Shown: positions 15,701 through 24,636 of the stretch, in pieces
Layout: each line of letters opens with the position of its first letter
Position numbering within the stretch: the stretch's first letter is position 1
From: Candidatus Saccharimonadota bacterium
GTDB taxonomy: Bacteria; Patescibacteriota; Saccharimonadia; Saccharimonadales; Saccharimonadaceae
Assembly: GCA_020160975.1 (NCBI GenBank)
Contig: JAIUPJ010000001.1
Coordinates: 210,001-242,000 of the forward strand
Length of the DNA stretch: 32,000 bases
Direction of reading: 5' to 3'
The notes under the pieces: generated by a model
Seen by the model: only the letters and a program-made list of their open reading frames with translations
The model's database searches: none
What the model was told of the DNA's origin: nothing
Position numbers and translations under genes: made by a program

Positions 15701-15735
15701 AAATACCACAGGCCATAGTGACGACTGTGGTATTT
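15701..15735 (-). terminator. Rho-independent terminator of the KwaB-like/GH1/YvcK/HAD-like operon
   Basis: AAATACCACAG / CTGTGGTATTT: an 11-bp stem with a 13-nt loop. On the minus strand it is followed by TCTTATC after the TTT. It lies 60 nt beyond the stop at 15795. Confidence 0.7.
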
Positions 15736-15794
15736 ATTGCACTGGTGCGATGTGTGAAATGCGATCGCATACCGTCTATTAGCCCAAATAAAAG

Positions 15795-16664
15795 CTAAGG
15801 AGTAGTAGGATAAAACCTATCGAGCTCATTCTCTCTCAGGCTGCCATAGCATAAGACTGTCGCCCTCATCCCTATCGCTGTACGCATGTTCAATGGAGGA
15901 ACACCCTTGAGCTGAGTTTCTCTCCACTTATCTTTGTTTTCGGGCAATACGTGTATCGGATATGCAGGGAGGTGCACAGGCCACCCCGACATAGCCGTTA
16001 TCTTGTCATCGGTGTGTATCAGTGAACGAACATAGAGCGGTACATCTGGCGTTATCCACATCGACTCCGGCAAAAGAAAAGCCTTCATCTCTTCAACATA
16101 CCAGCTCTCAAACAACGCTCCCTTTGCATATCCGAGTGACACATAGCGAGGGAGATCGCGCAACTGAGGAGTGATGCTCACCTTGAGGTCTTGCCATTCT
16201 TTAGCCGACCATTTTTGCCTCTCACCTTTCGGATCTGCAACAGCACCATGTGTAGTCACAAAATTATACATGCCATACTCTCTTGCAGCAGCAATCACTG
16301 CGGCAGAACCCGCCGTGAGAAGCTTGCTCCTGTGCGGCTCCTGTGCGGCCCTTTCAATGATGTATGGCCTGAGATCGCGCTGCCATGTCTTACCCTCATC
16401 GGCTTTTATGAGTTCGTTTTCAATAAATTCGACTGTACTGAACGGTTTGTGGGCACTCTCTATTTCGCGCCGAGCGTTGCGAATCTGGGTTATTGTAAGA
16501 TGGGTGTTTTCGGCTGATACTTGTTCAACAATTTCCATCACCTCATCTGTATTCCCGTGACACCCATCATAGTCGAGGCTTGACCCAACAGGAATAATGA
16601 GACTCGGCACGCCTTCGCTATTTGTGATGTGTTGCCACGTGGGATGTAGTCGTGTATTCATACC
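15795..16664 (-). CDS. Hypothetical protein, possibly a divergent HAD-superfamily hydrolase
   Basis: Ordered HAD-like motifs: LDYDGC (I), NFVTTHG (II), a Lys in GYAKG (III) and IHTDDK (IV). Start is uncertain (TTG 16673, ATG 16664 or GTG 16613). The first two overlap the yvcK 3' end. Confidence 0.55.
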   Translation of the reverse strand, partial: GMNTRLHPTWQHITNSEGVPSLIIPVGSSLDYDGCHGNTDEVMEIVEQVSAENTHLTITQIRNARREIESAHKPFSTVEFIENELIKADEGKTWQRDLRPYIIERAAQEPHRSKLLTAGSAAVIAAAREYGMYNFVTTHGAVADPKGERQKWSAKEWQDLKVSITPQLRDLPRYVSLGYAKGALFESWYVEEMKAFLLPESMWITPDVPLYVRSLIHTDDKITAMSGWPVHLPAYPIHVLPENKDKWRETQLKGVPPLNMRTAIGMRATVLCYGSLRENELDRFYPTTP

Positions 16665-17664
16665 ATTCAACAATCGCGTCCGTCACCGCCGCTGGATCGT
16701 GGCGAATTAGCGTTCGAGCAGTGGCGATGGGATCACTGTTATATTTATTATACCAGATTTTATTAGAAAGTAAAGGAGCACCAGCTGCAATATAGTGCTG
16801 CTTCTCAAGAATATCTTCGTCATAGCCTACTGCCAACTCACCATCTTTGGCATACTTCTTGAGCAGCTCATCACTTGGTGACTCAGTGTTGAATATCACG
16901 CCATCGAGAAACTTTGCACCCGCCAGCCGCTCGATCTCTGCTGCGAAATCATGCACTTGATAGTCGTCTGTTTGACCCGGCTTCGTTACCAGATTGCAGA
17001 CATATACACACAGCGCCTTTGTCTTGGCGAGCGCCTTGCCGATACCGGGCACGATGAGGGCGGGCGCTAAACTACCATACAGGTTGCCTGGCGCAATGAC
17101 GACGATATCCGCTTGCATGATTGCCGCAATAGCTTTGGGGCTGGCTTCAGCCTCTGGCTCTAGCCAGAACTCCGGATTATCGCCATCAAACTTCTTGTGC
17201 GCAATATGAAATTGATCACGCGTCACTTCGCCACTGTCGTCACGCATCGCAAGCCGCACATTGGTGTGCGTAATTGGTTCGACAATACCGGTGATATTGA
17301 GAACCTCACTGGCGAGCTCCACCCCGTGCGCGAAATTACCCGTCATCTTTTCGCATGCGGTCAAGAACAGATTTCCAAATGCATGACCTTTTAGCGTACC
17401 CTCCTCAAATCGATAGGTAAACAAATCACGCAGCTCAGGCGAATCACTAAGCGCCACCAAGCACTGACGCACATCACCCGGCGGCAACGCACCTAGCTCG
17501 TCTCGAAGAACACCCGTGCTGCCTCCGTCATCTGCCATATTTACCAGCGCTGCTATTTGCGTTGTCTTAGTTTTGAGAGCAGATAGCAACGTAAAGCTCC
17601 CAGTTCCGCCTCCGATAAGGGTGATCTTCAGCTCATCTTCACCAAATAATTTATACTCGCTCAC
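16618..17664 (-). CDS. yvcK: YvcK/CofD-family gluconeogenesis-factor-like protein (UPF0052)
   Basis: ITLIGGGTGSFTLL and NMADDGGSTGVLRDELGALPPGDVRQC signatures. GTG 17664 is preferred: it has a GAGAGGA SD 8 nt upstream and lies 5 nt after the GH1 stop. The ORF maximum of 17790 would overlap GH1 by about 120 nt. Confidence 0.85.
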   Translation of the reverse strand: MSEYKLFGEDELKITLIGGGTGSFTLLSALKTKTTQIAALVNMADDGGSTGVLRDELGALPPGDVRQCLVALSDSPELRDLFTYRFEEGTLKGHAFGNLFLTACEKMTGNFAHGVELASEVLNITGIVEPITHTNVRLAMRDDSGEVTRDQFHIAHKKFDGDNPEFWLEPEAEASPKAIAAIMQADIVVIAPGNLYGSLAPALIVPGIGKALAKTKALCVYVCNLVTKPGQTDDYQVHDFAAEIERLAGAKFLDGVIFNTESPSDELLKKYAKDGELAVGYDEDILEKQHYIAAGAPLLSNKIWYNKYNSDPIATARTLIRHDPAAVTDAIVEWYEYTTTSHVATHHK

Positions 17665-17669
17665 CCTCT

Positions 17670-18926
17670 CTATCCTCTCAGTCGCCTGATTACTTTGCCA
17701 AACCAAATCGCACTCGGCCGCATTGCTCGCTTCATGTTGCGGCGATCGACCTCGACGAGACCAAACTTTGGCCAAAAGCCTTTGTCCCATTCAAAATTGT
17801 CGAGCAAGCTCCAATGAATGTACCCGATGAGGTGGACATCTTTCTCAAGCGCGCGCTGCATAGCGACGATGGTCTGCATGATCCACCACTTCCGGTCGGA
17901 ATCGTCGGCATCCGCCAAGCCATTCTCGGTAATCAGAATCGGTTTTTTGTACTTTTCGTGCAATCGGACCAGTGCATGCTCGAGGTCACCCGGCTGCATA
18001 TCCCAGCCGAGGTCGCTCAGGCGTTGATTAGGATTGTGTTTTCGGTACCCATACACCCTATCGCTGAAATAATAATTCACGCCGATAAAATCACAGGTTT
18101 TAACGACACGCTTTAGCACATAGTCATCCTGAAGATACTGCATGAAACCAGCCGAACGAATCGTCAGCCATGCATCATCACCTGGGTGCACCCATACGCT
18201 ATTTTTCGCAACTGAAACTTCGTATTGGGGGCTTTTTTTGTGAAGCAACGCGGCTGTTTGGTTGTGAACGCGAATAAGGTTATTGAGAACGCGCAGCGCC
18301 AGTAAGCGATTGTGCTGCTGTGGTGGCCACCGAGCCTCTAGGTAGCTCATCGCCGCATATACTTCCGGCTCATTAATGGTAATAATCATTCCGAGCAAAT
18401 CGCCGAGCTCGTCCGTCAATCGATCGACGTATTCAAGAAAATGACGATTATTACTGCGTTTTTCAAACCCACCCATCTTTGCGAACCACACCGGGAGGGT
18501 AAAATGGAATAATGTCACCACCGGTACGATCCCTTGCTTCTTCAGCTCCGTAAGCACTCCCCGGTAGTGCTCAACCTCGCTCGCATTCCACACCCCTTCC
18601 TCCGGCTGGATGCTAGACCATTCGATACTACATCGATAGGTATTTAGGTGAAGCTTTTTGAGTAGCGCAATGTCGTGTTGGTAGAGTCGGTAATGATCGA
18701 CCGCTTTGCCAGACACATAATTCTCTGGCATACGTGCCTCATGCCTGATCTCACTCCAATTGGGCAAATCTCCAAACTGATAGGGCGCCTGTGTCGCCAA
18801 CGCCTTGGCGTTCTCAAGCTCCCAAACAGTCCATTGGTTGTTGAGCCCACCCTCGACTTGGTGCGCGCTCGTAGCAGCCCCCCACAAAAAGTTCTTTGGA
18901 AATGCTATTGTTGGTCGCGTCGGCAT
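17670..18926 (-). CDS. Glycoside hydrolase family 1 beta-glucosidase
   Basis: FLWGAATSAHQVEG. Acid/base TINEPEVY (NEP). Nucleophile ILITENG. HWSLLDNFEW. Confidence 0.93.
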   Translation of the reverse strand: MPTRPTIAFPKNFLWGAATSAHQVEGGLNNQWTVWELENAKALATQAPYQFGDLPNWSEIRHEARMPENYVSGKAVDHYRLYQHDIALLKKLHLNTYRCSIEWSSIQPEEGVWNASEVEHYRGVLTELKKQGIVPVVTLFHFTLPVWFAKMGGFEKRSNNRHFLEYVDRLTDELGDLLGMIITINEPEVYAAMSYLEARWPPQQHNRLLALRVLNNLIRVHNQTAALLHKKSPQYEVSVAKNSVWVHPGDDAWLTIRSAGFMQYLQDDYVLKRVVKTCDFIGVNYYFSDRVYGYRKHNPNQRLSDLGWDMQPGDLEHALVRLHEKYKKPILITENGLADADDSDRKWWIMQTIVAMQRALEKDVHLIGYIHWSLLDNFEWDKGFWPKFGLVEVDRRNMKRAMRPSAIWFGKVIRRLRG

Positions 18927-18953
18927 ATATGCCTATTATAGCAGCCACATGTT

Positions 18954-19952
18954 CTATGCGGCGTCCAAGCTCGAGCTTGCTGCCTCACGCAGCTCTTTCT
19001 TTCCCTTTAGCTCGTACTTGATACCTGTCATTTCGCTCGTTGCGTAGTCATCATTCAAGAGATTGACGAATTTCGCAGCGTCTTTGGCATCCATAATGAT
19101 AATTGCACCTGCCGCGTCATCCGTCATGAGTTCAAGCCCCATTTCATCAGAAAGATTGACGACCTGCTCCTGCGTCACCATGCCGACTTCAACTTTCTGG
19201 AGTTTACTGACAAGCGACTTTGTGTCGCGCACAAGCGCATCAAATGTCATGCCCTCGGGAAACTTTAGCTTGAAGTGCTTCTCGATCTCAGCGATTTTTT
19301 CTTCAGCGATAGCAAACTGTTTGGCGTCGTAGCCAAACATACGGATAAACTTCGTTTCGCTAAATGCAAATACGTCTCCACTAGTGATGAGCACCTGGTT
19401 ATCGGGCGTGATGCGAAGCCCCGCATCTGCTGCAAACGGCTGGAACGAGTCACCATCATACATCCACGCAGTTGCGCCTTTCAGCACTTGTGATTGCGGC
19501 AAGAGTTTGGCCACAAAAAACGGCTCGCCGTCTTTGCGGCTAAACCGCGCGATAATGCCTTTCACCTTTTTAAATTCATGGTCGCCCTCACGAAAGACCT
19601 CGAGTCCTTCTTCGCCGTACATAATCTGCTCAATTACTTCCTGAGCATGCTCTACCTTGTCGAGTTCGGTGCGTTCAAGCACATTATCTTCTGCAGCTGC
19701 TGCCTCAAAATCACGTACTATCATTCCCGTCGCGGCACCTGTTTGCACGGTGCTAATCATGTCGTAGAGAAACAGCACTTTCAGCTGATTCTTTAGCTCT
19801 TTGGCATAATTCGTCGCATAGACTGTGTAGCCTTTGGTAAAGAGAAAGAGGTCAATCTCAAGTTGGTCCTTATCGCGGTCGGCTTGGTTCGCCCAGTGGA
19901 AGATATCGGTTTGTGTTGGTGCTTCTTTGGTGTCGGTAGTGTCTGTCGTCAT
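18954..19952 (-). CDS. Hypothetical protein resembling DUF4868 / Kiwa KwaB
   Basis: The 332-aa layout resembles DUF4868. A KGIIARFSRKDGEPFFVAKLL...KG block is followed by FQPFAADAGLRITPDNQVLITSGDVFAFSETKFIRMFGYD. The similarity is judged by eye only. Confidence 0.45.
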   Translation of the reverse strand: MTTDTTDTKEAPTQTDIFHWANQADRDKDQLEIDLFLFTKGYTVYATNYAKELKNQLKVLFLYDMISTVQTGAATGMIVRDFEAAAAEDNVLERTELDKVEHAQEVIEQIMYGEEGLEVFREGDHEFKKVKGIIARFSRKDGEPFFVAKLLPQSQVLKGATAWMYDGDSFQPFAADAGLRITPDNQVLITSGDVFAFSETKFIRMFGYDAKQFAIAEEKIAEIEKHFKLKFPEGMTFDALVRDTKSLVSKLQKVEVGMVTQEQVVNLSDEMGLELMTDDAAGAIIIMDAKDAAKFVNLLNDDYATSEMTGIKYELKGKKELREAASSSLDAA

Positions 19953-20065
19953 TATTCCAGTGTACTATTTTTTATCTCTCCTCGTCGAGCCCCGCTCCCA
20001 AAGGTGCGGGGAATTTTCACACTTTCCAATAGTCATGCTTAGATGATTGACTTTTTATCATTCTT

Positions 20066-20752
20066 ATGCTAAAGTATTATAAAATGCAACGTGATCTGCT
20101 CAAAGATAAACAAGAAAGTCGAGAGCGCCACCAGCGACTCATATCGACACTCGGGGCTCGTGGGTTGCTAGCTCCAGAAATAGAAGGAGTGAGAGAATGT
20201 ATCGCAGTAGATTGTGACCCCTTCCCTTTAGTTGGACCTAATACACCCATAGATGGTGGTGCTTATATGGATATCGGTGGAAATACTGCGATCATCATTG
20301 ACCGGGAGCATGACCCCTACCTGCAGAAATTACTTAAACAGTTCGCGCCAGCCTATAAACGTATTGCAAGTGATTCAATGCGCCAGGAAGGTTTAGTCGG
20401 GCTCGCATCTGCTATCTCACGGCTCGTACCGTACAATAACGAAGCCGTTACGGAACTGTATCAGCGTGATCGACACGCACAGCACATTGTACCCCGTCCG
20501 CTCGGTGACTTTATTCGTTTGAGTATCGGCATCTGCTCTCAGCAGGCCCTGCTCACTGCTGCGGCAATCGAGTATGCAAAACAGACAAATCAACTTCCCG
20601 AAGAATGTACAGTATCAATCGAGCGTAGCTATGACCATGATGCAAATGAGTACCACCTATCCACTATCCTCTACATCGAAGGTGAGGCTTGGCTCGTCGA
20701 CCCAACAAGAGCGCGGGCAAAACGTGCAATCAAACTCGACCCTACTGGATAA
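20066..20752 (+). CDS. Transglutaminase-like / papain-fold Cys-His-Asp protein
   Basis: GICSQQALLTAAAIEYA provides the catalytic-Cys context. It is followed by EYHLSTILYIEGEAWLVDPT, which fits the transglutaminase-core pattern H...W..DPT. An alternative start is ATG 20084, 8 nt behind TTGACT-17-TAAAGT. Confidence 0.5.
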   Translation: MLKYYKMQRDLLKDKQESRERHQRLISTLGARGLLAPEIEGVRECIAVDCDPFPLVGPNTPIDGGAYMDIGGNTAIIIDREHDPYLQKLLKQFAPAYKRIASDSMRQEGLVGLASAISRLVPYNNEAVTELYQRDRHAQHIVPRPLGDFIRLSIGICSQQALLTAAAIEYAKQTNQLPEECTVSIERSYDHDANEYHLSTILYIEGEAWLVDPTRARAKRAIKLDPTG

Positions 20753-22274
20753 CATCTTCCCCAAAATGCTTCTGCAACCGCATCTCGATACTTCCTTCAT
20801 GTCGCCCGAGCTTCTTACTCAGCTCTTTCACGCTCTTCCCCTGCTGAAATTCTTGCTTGAGCACCGTATCATCAGCGTCCGTCCACGGCATGTAGGCATT
20901 TGGGTGTGTTTCGCGCATCTTGGCGATTTTTTCCGCCCAGCCGCTACTTCCAGTGGTTTTTTTCTTTTTGCTCGGCAACTCCAGCACGCGCTTTTCTGCT
21001 TGCGCGGCGAGATGCGCAAAACGCTTGGCATCTGCCGCCGCTCGCCGGCGCAACTGCACGTCGATCTCATGCGCCTCTTCGCTCATGGTCAGCGCCATAC
21101 GGTTAATCCCAGTCAGGTATAGATTATTGATGTTCTTCACTCGGCTCAGCGCCACATAGCCCATCCCTGGCACAAAGGCCTTGCGCAGGTCGATCCGTGC
21201 TGCATCGAGCGTCATGCCCTGACTCTTGTGAACAGTGATAGCCCACGCTAGCCGCAGCGGAATCTGGCTAATCGAAGCTCGCTTCTTTTCGCCATCACGC
21301 AGCTCCCACGTGTCGGGCATCATCGTGACAATTTTTCCATTCATAAATTCAACTACCGGATAGTCGGTTCCCGGCTCAAAATCCGTCACCGTTCCGATAC
21401 TCCCGTTTGCATATCTTCTCGTTGGATCGTTTTTGACCGCCATAACGAACGCGCCCTGCTTTAGTGTCAGTACCGCTGGCGCCAATACACTCCGCTGCAA
21501 GTTCTCAACGTAATTAGCACTGCCTGTTGAATGCTGCTGATAGATCAGTTCATCGCCACCGAGCTGCGCTAACTGCTGGTCATTGATGCGATCGACGTCA
21601 ACATTGACAGTATGGAGCTCCGTCAGCACCGTATCGACGGGTGGTTCGGCATTCGTACGTGCTAGTAGCTTCTCGGCATGGTGTCGACGCAAGTCATTGG
21701 CGCGCAGGCTCGTGAGGATATCGAGCAAGTCATCGCCCTCCGCCTGACGAAACTGCTCGTCGAGGTAGAGAATTACTGGGTCGAGCTCGCGCCAAGCTTG
21801 GCTCTCGACAATAAAGTTGCCCGCCCTACTTCCCTCGCGATTGATCGGTGGCAGCTGGAAAAAGTCACCACTCATCACCACCTGAATACCACCAAACGGC
21901 GTATCGGGTTTTTTGCGTACCAGGCGGCACACTTCGTCGACCATATCGAGCCGAAAATCATGCAACATCGACACCTCATCGATGATGAGCACGTCGGTTT
22001 TTTCGATAATTTCCCTGCGACCTTTGGCCATATGATCGACAAACCCGCCCGGTAGCATGTCACTAACGCCAATCCCCGCCCATGCATGAATCGTCGTACC
22101 GCCCAAATGCGTCGCCGCCAAACCGGTCGTCGCCGTTACCGAGACATGCTTGCCCTCATATTTGCTGAGGCGGATAAACTGATTGAGTACAAATGTCTTG
22201 CCCGTACCCGCCGGGCCGGTGAGCAGCGCGCTCTCGCCCGCAAGTAAAATTTCGAGTGCTAACCCCTGGTTCAT
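20742..22274 (-). CDS. pif1: Pif1/RecD-family SF1B DNA helicase with C-terminal HTH-like tail
   Basis: Walker A LLTGPAGTGKTF and Walker B LIIDEVSM. AITVHKSQGMTLD motif. C-terminal WTDADDTVLKQEFQQGKSVKELSKKLGRHEGSIEMRL. ATG 22274 overlaps the kinase stop (TGATG). Confidence 0.9.
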   Translation of the reverse strand: MNQGLALEILLAGESALLTGPAGTGKTFVLNQFIRLSKYEGKHVSVTATTGLAATHLGGTTIHAWAGIGVSDMLPGGFVDHMAKGRREIIEKTDVLIIDEVSMLHDFRLDMVDEVCRLVRKKPDTPFGGIQVVMSGDFFQLPPINREGSRAGNFIVESQAWRELDPVILYLDEQFRQAEGDDLLDILTSLRANDLRRHHAEKLLARTNAEPPVDTVLTELHTVNVDVDRINDQQLAQLGGDELIYQQHSTGSANYVENLQRSVLAPAVLTLKQGAFVMAVKNDPTRRYANGSIGTVTDFEPGTDYPVVEFMNGKIVTMMPDTWELRDGEKKRASISQIPLRLAWAITVHKSQGMTLDAARIDLRKAFVPGMGYVALSRVKNINNLYLTGINRMALTMSEEAHEIDVQLRRRAAADAKRFAHLAAQAEKRVLELPSKKKKTTGSSGWAEKIAKMRETHPNAYMPWTDADDTVLKQEFQQGKSVKELSKKLGRHEGSIEMRLQKHFGEDVIQ

Positions 22275-22888
22275 CAACTATACCCAAGAGCGATAAGCAC
22301 CCTATCGACATCCCGTTCCGTTTTTTCGATTTCAACAAGTGGCAAGCCCGTTTTCTCAATCTGTTCACGAATTGTACGATCAAAGAGATGCGTCCACTCT
22401 ATTTCTTTCTCCTTGAGCGCATCTGGTGTCTCGTGAGGCGGTCCAAACAAACCTCGCGTATAAACGACCGTGCGAGTGCGCTCGGTATCTGAGTCTGACA
22501 AAAAGACTGCTTTGATATCTTCGTTGCCACCATACGTCTCCGCTACCAATGAGGGCGTAATATTAATACCTTCAAGCACAAAACCGTCCCTCCACACCCA
22601 GTCGCTATCAATAAAATGCCGTATCGTCGACCATATCTCGTCTGCTTGCTGTATTTCTTGTGTAGCTATTTCATCTGCCGTATAGGTAGTCAGATAGCTC
22701 TCAGCTGTGTGTCCATCAGCGTTAAACAGCAGTGGATAGTCTTGTTTATTCGCAGTCGTCATCATTAACGTGCGGATTTGATCTGTTGAAATCCACGGCA
22801 AATCAAGCCGCTTTGCGACGCGTGCCGCTATCGTCGACTTACCCACAGTTGGCATTCCGCCAATGAGAATAATCTTTCGCCTGCTCAC
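22274..22888 (-). CDS. P-loop kinase (AAA_33 / 2-phosphoglycerate-kinase-like)
   Basis: ILIGGMPTVGKSTIAARVAKRLDLPWISTDQIR P-loop-plus-lid pattern. The GTG start overlaps the rnhA stop (GTGA). Confidence 0.65.
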   Translation of the reverse strand: MSRRKIILIGGMPTVGKSTIAARVAKRLDLPWISTDQIRTLMMTTANKQDYPLLFNADGHTAESYLTTYTADEIATQEIQQADEIWSTIRHFIDSDWVWRDGFVLEGINITPSLVAETYGGNEDIKAVFLSDSDTERTRTVVYTRGLFGPPHETPDALKEKEIEWTHLFDRTIREQIEKTGLPLVEIEKTERDVDRVLIALGYS

Positions 22889-23313
22889 AGTCGCGCGCCC
22901 TCACGAGCCTTATTCGCCCATTCGTCCGCAAGCTCGTTGCCTTCATGCCCAACATGCCCCCGCACCCAAACTAGTTTCACCTCACCAGCATATGAATAGT
23001 AGGCTTCATACAGCTTCTGCACAAGTTCGAGGTTCTTAATCGGACCACCGCTCTTGCGCCAGCCTTTTGCCGCCCATCCCGGTGCCCATTTGGTGATGAC
23101 ATTTATCCAAAATTCACTATCAGTATGGATTTCGCAGTCTTCACCACCGGCGACTTCAAGCGCCGCGACAAGCGCAAAGCCTTCCATCCGAATATTAGTT
23201 GTCTCGCCTTCCTCACTTCCCAGCGCAACCGGCTTGCCATTCTCAATTACCGCAAATCCACCCGGACCGGGATTTGGACTTGCACTCCCATCAGTAAAAA
23301 ATACGCGTGTCAT
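22885..23313 (-). CDS. rnhA: Ribonuclease HI
   Basis: DGSASPNPGPGGFAV, TNIRMEGFALVAALE, HTDSEF and GHVGHEGNELADEWA: a DEDD catalytic set in canonical order. Confidence 0.93.
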   Translation of the reverse strand: MTRVFFTDGSASPNPGPGGFAVIENGKPVALGSEEGETTNIRMEGFALVAALEVAGGEDCEIHTDSEFWINVITKWAPGWAAKGWRKSGGPIKNLELVQKLYEAYYSYAGEVKLVWVRGHVGHEGNELADEWANKAREGARL

Positions 23314-23350
23314 TGCCTCTTATCATACCGCGCTACTGCAGCGAGTTCAA

Positions 23351-23947
23351 TCAAATGTCACGAATCGGTCGTATCAACTCAATCCGCTCTGGTATATAGT
23401 ACTCACCCTCATCGTCGCGTTCGTAGTGGTAGCGAATTTCGTGATCGGCTTGGAAATAATCACCATTGTCGCATAGCTTGTATTGCACCTCGCATTTATG
23501 CTCTGCGTCATTTTTGGGCATGCCACCTTGATAAATACGCACTTCGTGGACTTCACCAGGGCGCATGAACCTCTTTGGCTCGATATGCTGTCGCAAGCAG
23601 TTTACTCGCGTCACTTCCACCTCAAAAACAGAGTGGTTTTTGAGATGAGCCCATAACTCCAAATGCTTTAAGTCACCACTCTCGTGCGCGTCAATATGCT
23701 CAATCTCGACTTCAGGTACAATCTTTCGTCCTGATTGGTCGTGAAAAGGATCGCCCTTGGTCGGCTCCTCCACCGGCATTACCACTTGCCGCCGAGAACC
23801 AGCCTGTTGAGCAGTCGAATCCGCCTGACTCGTTACATCCGCTGACGGTTCGGTGCGCTGCCATTGTTCAACCGCCTTCGGCAAACTTCCCGATGACAGA
23901 TTCCCGGGTTGTGCTTTGCCAAACAATGCATCTACGAGCCATCCCAT
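23351..23947 (-). CDS. Hypothetical protein (disordered N-half, beta-rich C-terminal domain)
   Basis: ATG with an AGAGGGG SD 8 nt upstream. No family recognised. The C-terminal domain is rich in His/Glu/Asp/Tyr. Confidence 0.65.
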   Translation of the reverse strand: MGWLVDALFGKAQPGNLSSGSLPKAVEQWQRTEPSADVTSQADSTAQQAGSRRQVVMPVEEPTKGDPFHDQSGRKIVPEVEIEHIDAHESGDLKHLELWAHLKNHSVFEVEVTRVNCLRQHIEPKRFMRPGEVHEVRIYQGGMPKNDAEHKCEVQYKLCDNGDYFQADHEIRYHYERDDEGEYYIPERIELIRPIRDI

Positions 23948-23966
23948 GTCAGCACCCCTCTATCAG

Positions 23967-24581
23967 TTACTTTTCGCAGGCGATACCATCGTTGTCGCGA
24001 TCAAGCCGACGCTCGTAGGATGCATTATTGCGCGCGATATCGAAGACACCGGCATCAAACGCAGCAGTACAGTTTTCAAAATGACGACCATTCGTGGCAT
24101 TGCTCTTTTGTTGTGTCGCGATCTTGTCCTTAGAAGCCTGCGTCGCCGTCGCAGCCGGATCACTATTTGCCGTGCTGGTCTCGCCGTCAGCACTAGACTT
24201 GACACTTGCCATCGGTGTGCCGTCAGTAATTGGTGTTTGGTTCGCTACCCAACCAAATCCACCAAGCCACGCCGCGATCACCGCGACCAGCACTGGCATC
24301 AGCGGGCTCTTCTTGAAGCCTTCGGGGTCTTTCGCGTACCATACTGCTGCGATGACAATAGGGATAATAGGAAGCGCCACAAGATAGAGCACGATTGCCG
24401 TTAATACACGACGAGTCGTCCCCCATCCCTGGTAGTGATATCGTACGCCTGGGAATCGTGACAAAATCCATACTGCCCATGCGGGGCCCGTCACGCGAGC
24501 TTGCGACTCAGTCGTTCGCACCTCTGCGGTCTTTGCAGTTGCTTCTTTTGCTGTAATTCGACGTATTTTCGTCTTTGCCAT
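23967..24581 (-). CDS. Membrane protein with C-terminal Excalibur calcium-binding domain
   Basis: Two to three TM helices, an Ser/Thr/Ala linker, then FENCTAAFDAGVFDIARNNASYERRLDRDNDGIACEK (Excalibur DxDxDGxxCE). AAGGGAG SD. Confidence 0.8.
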   Translation of the reverse strand: MAKTKIRRITAKEATAKTAEVRTTESQARVTGPAWAVWILSRFPGVRYHYQGWGTTRRVLTAIVLYLVALPIIPIVIAAVWYAKDPEGFKKSPLMPVLVAVIAAWLGGFGWVANQTPITDGTPMASVKSSADGETSTANSDPAATATQASKDKIATQQKSNATNGRHFENCTAAFDAGVFDIARNNASYERRLDRDNDGIACEK

Positions 24582-24636
24582 GGTAGTTTCTCCCTTACAA
24601 TTGCTTTAAATTATACAGTGTTATCAGCAAAATCCC

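Noticed and set aside
17665-17790. A 42-codon N-terminal extension of YvcK that overlaps the GH1 gene.
   Set aside because: The extension has a low-complexity Arg/Ser composition and overlaps GH1 by about 120 nt. The GTG at 17664 has a properly spaced SD and gives the usual short N-terminus before GGGTG.
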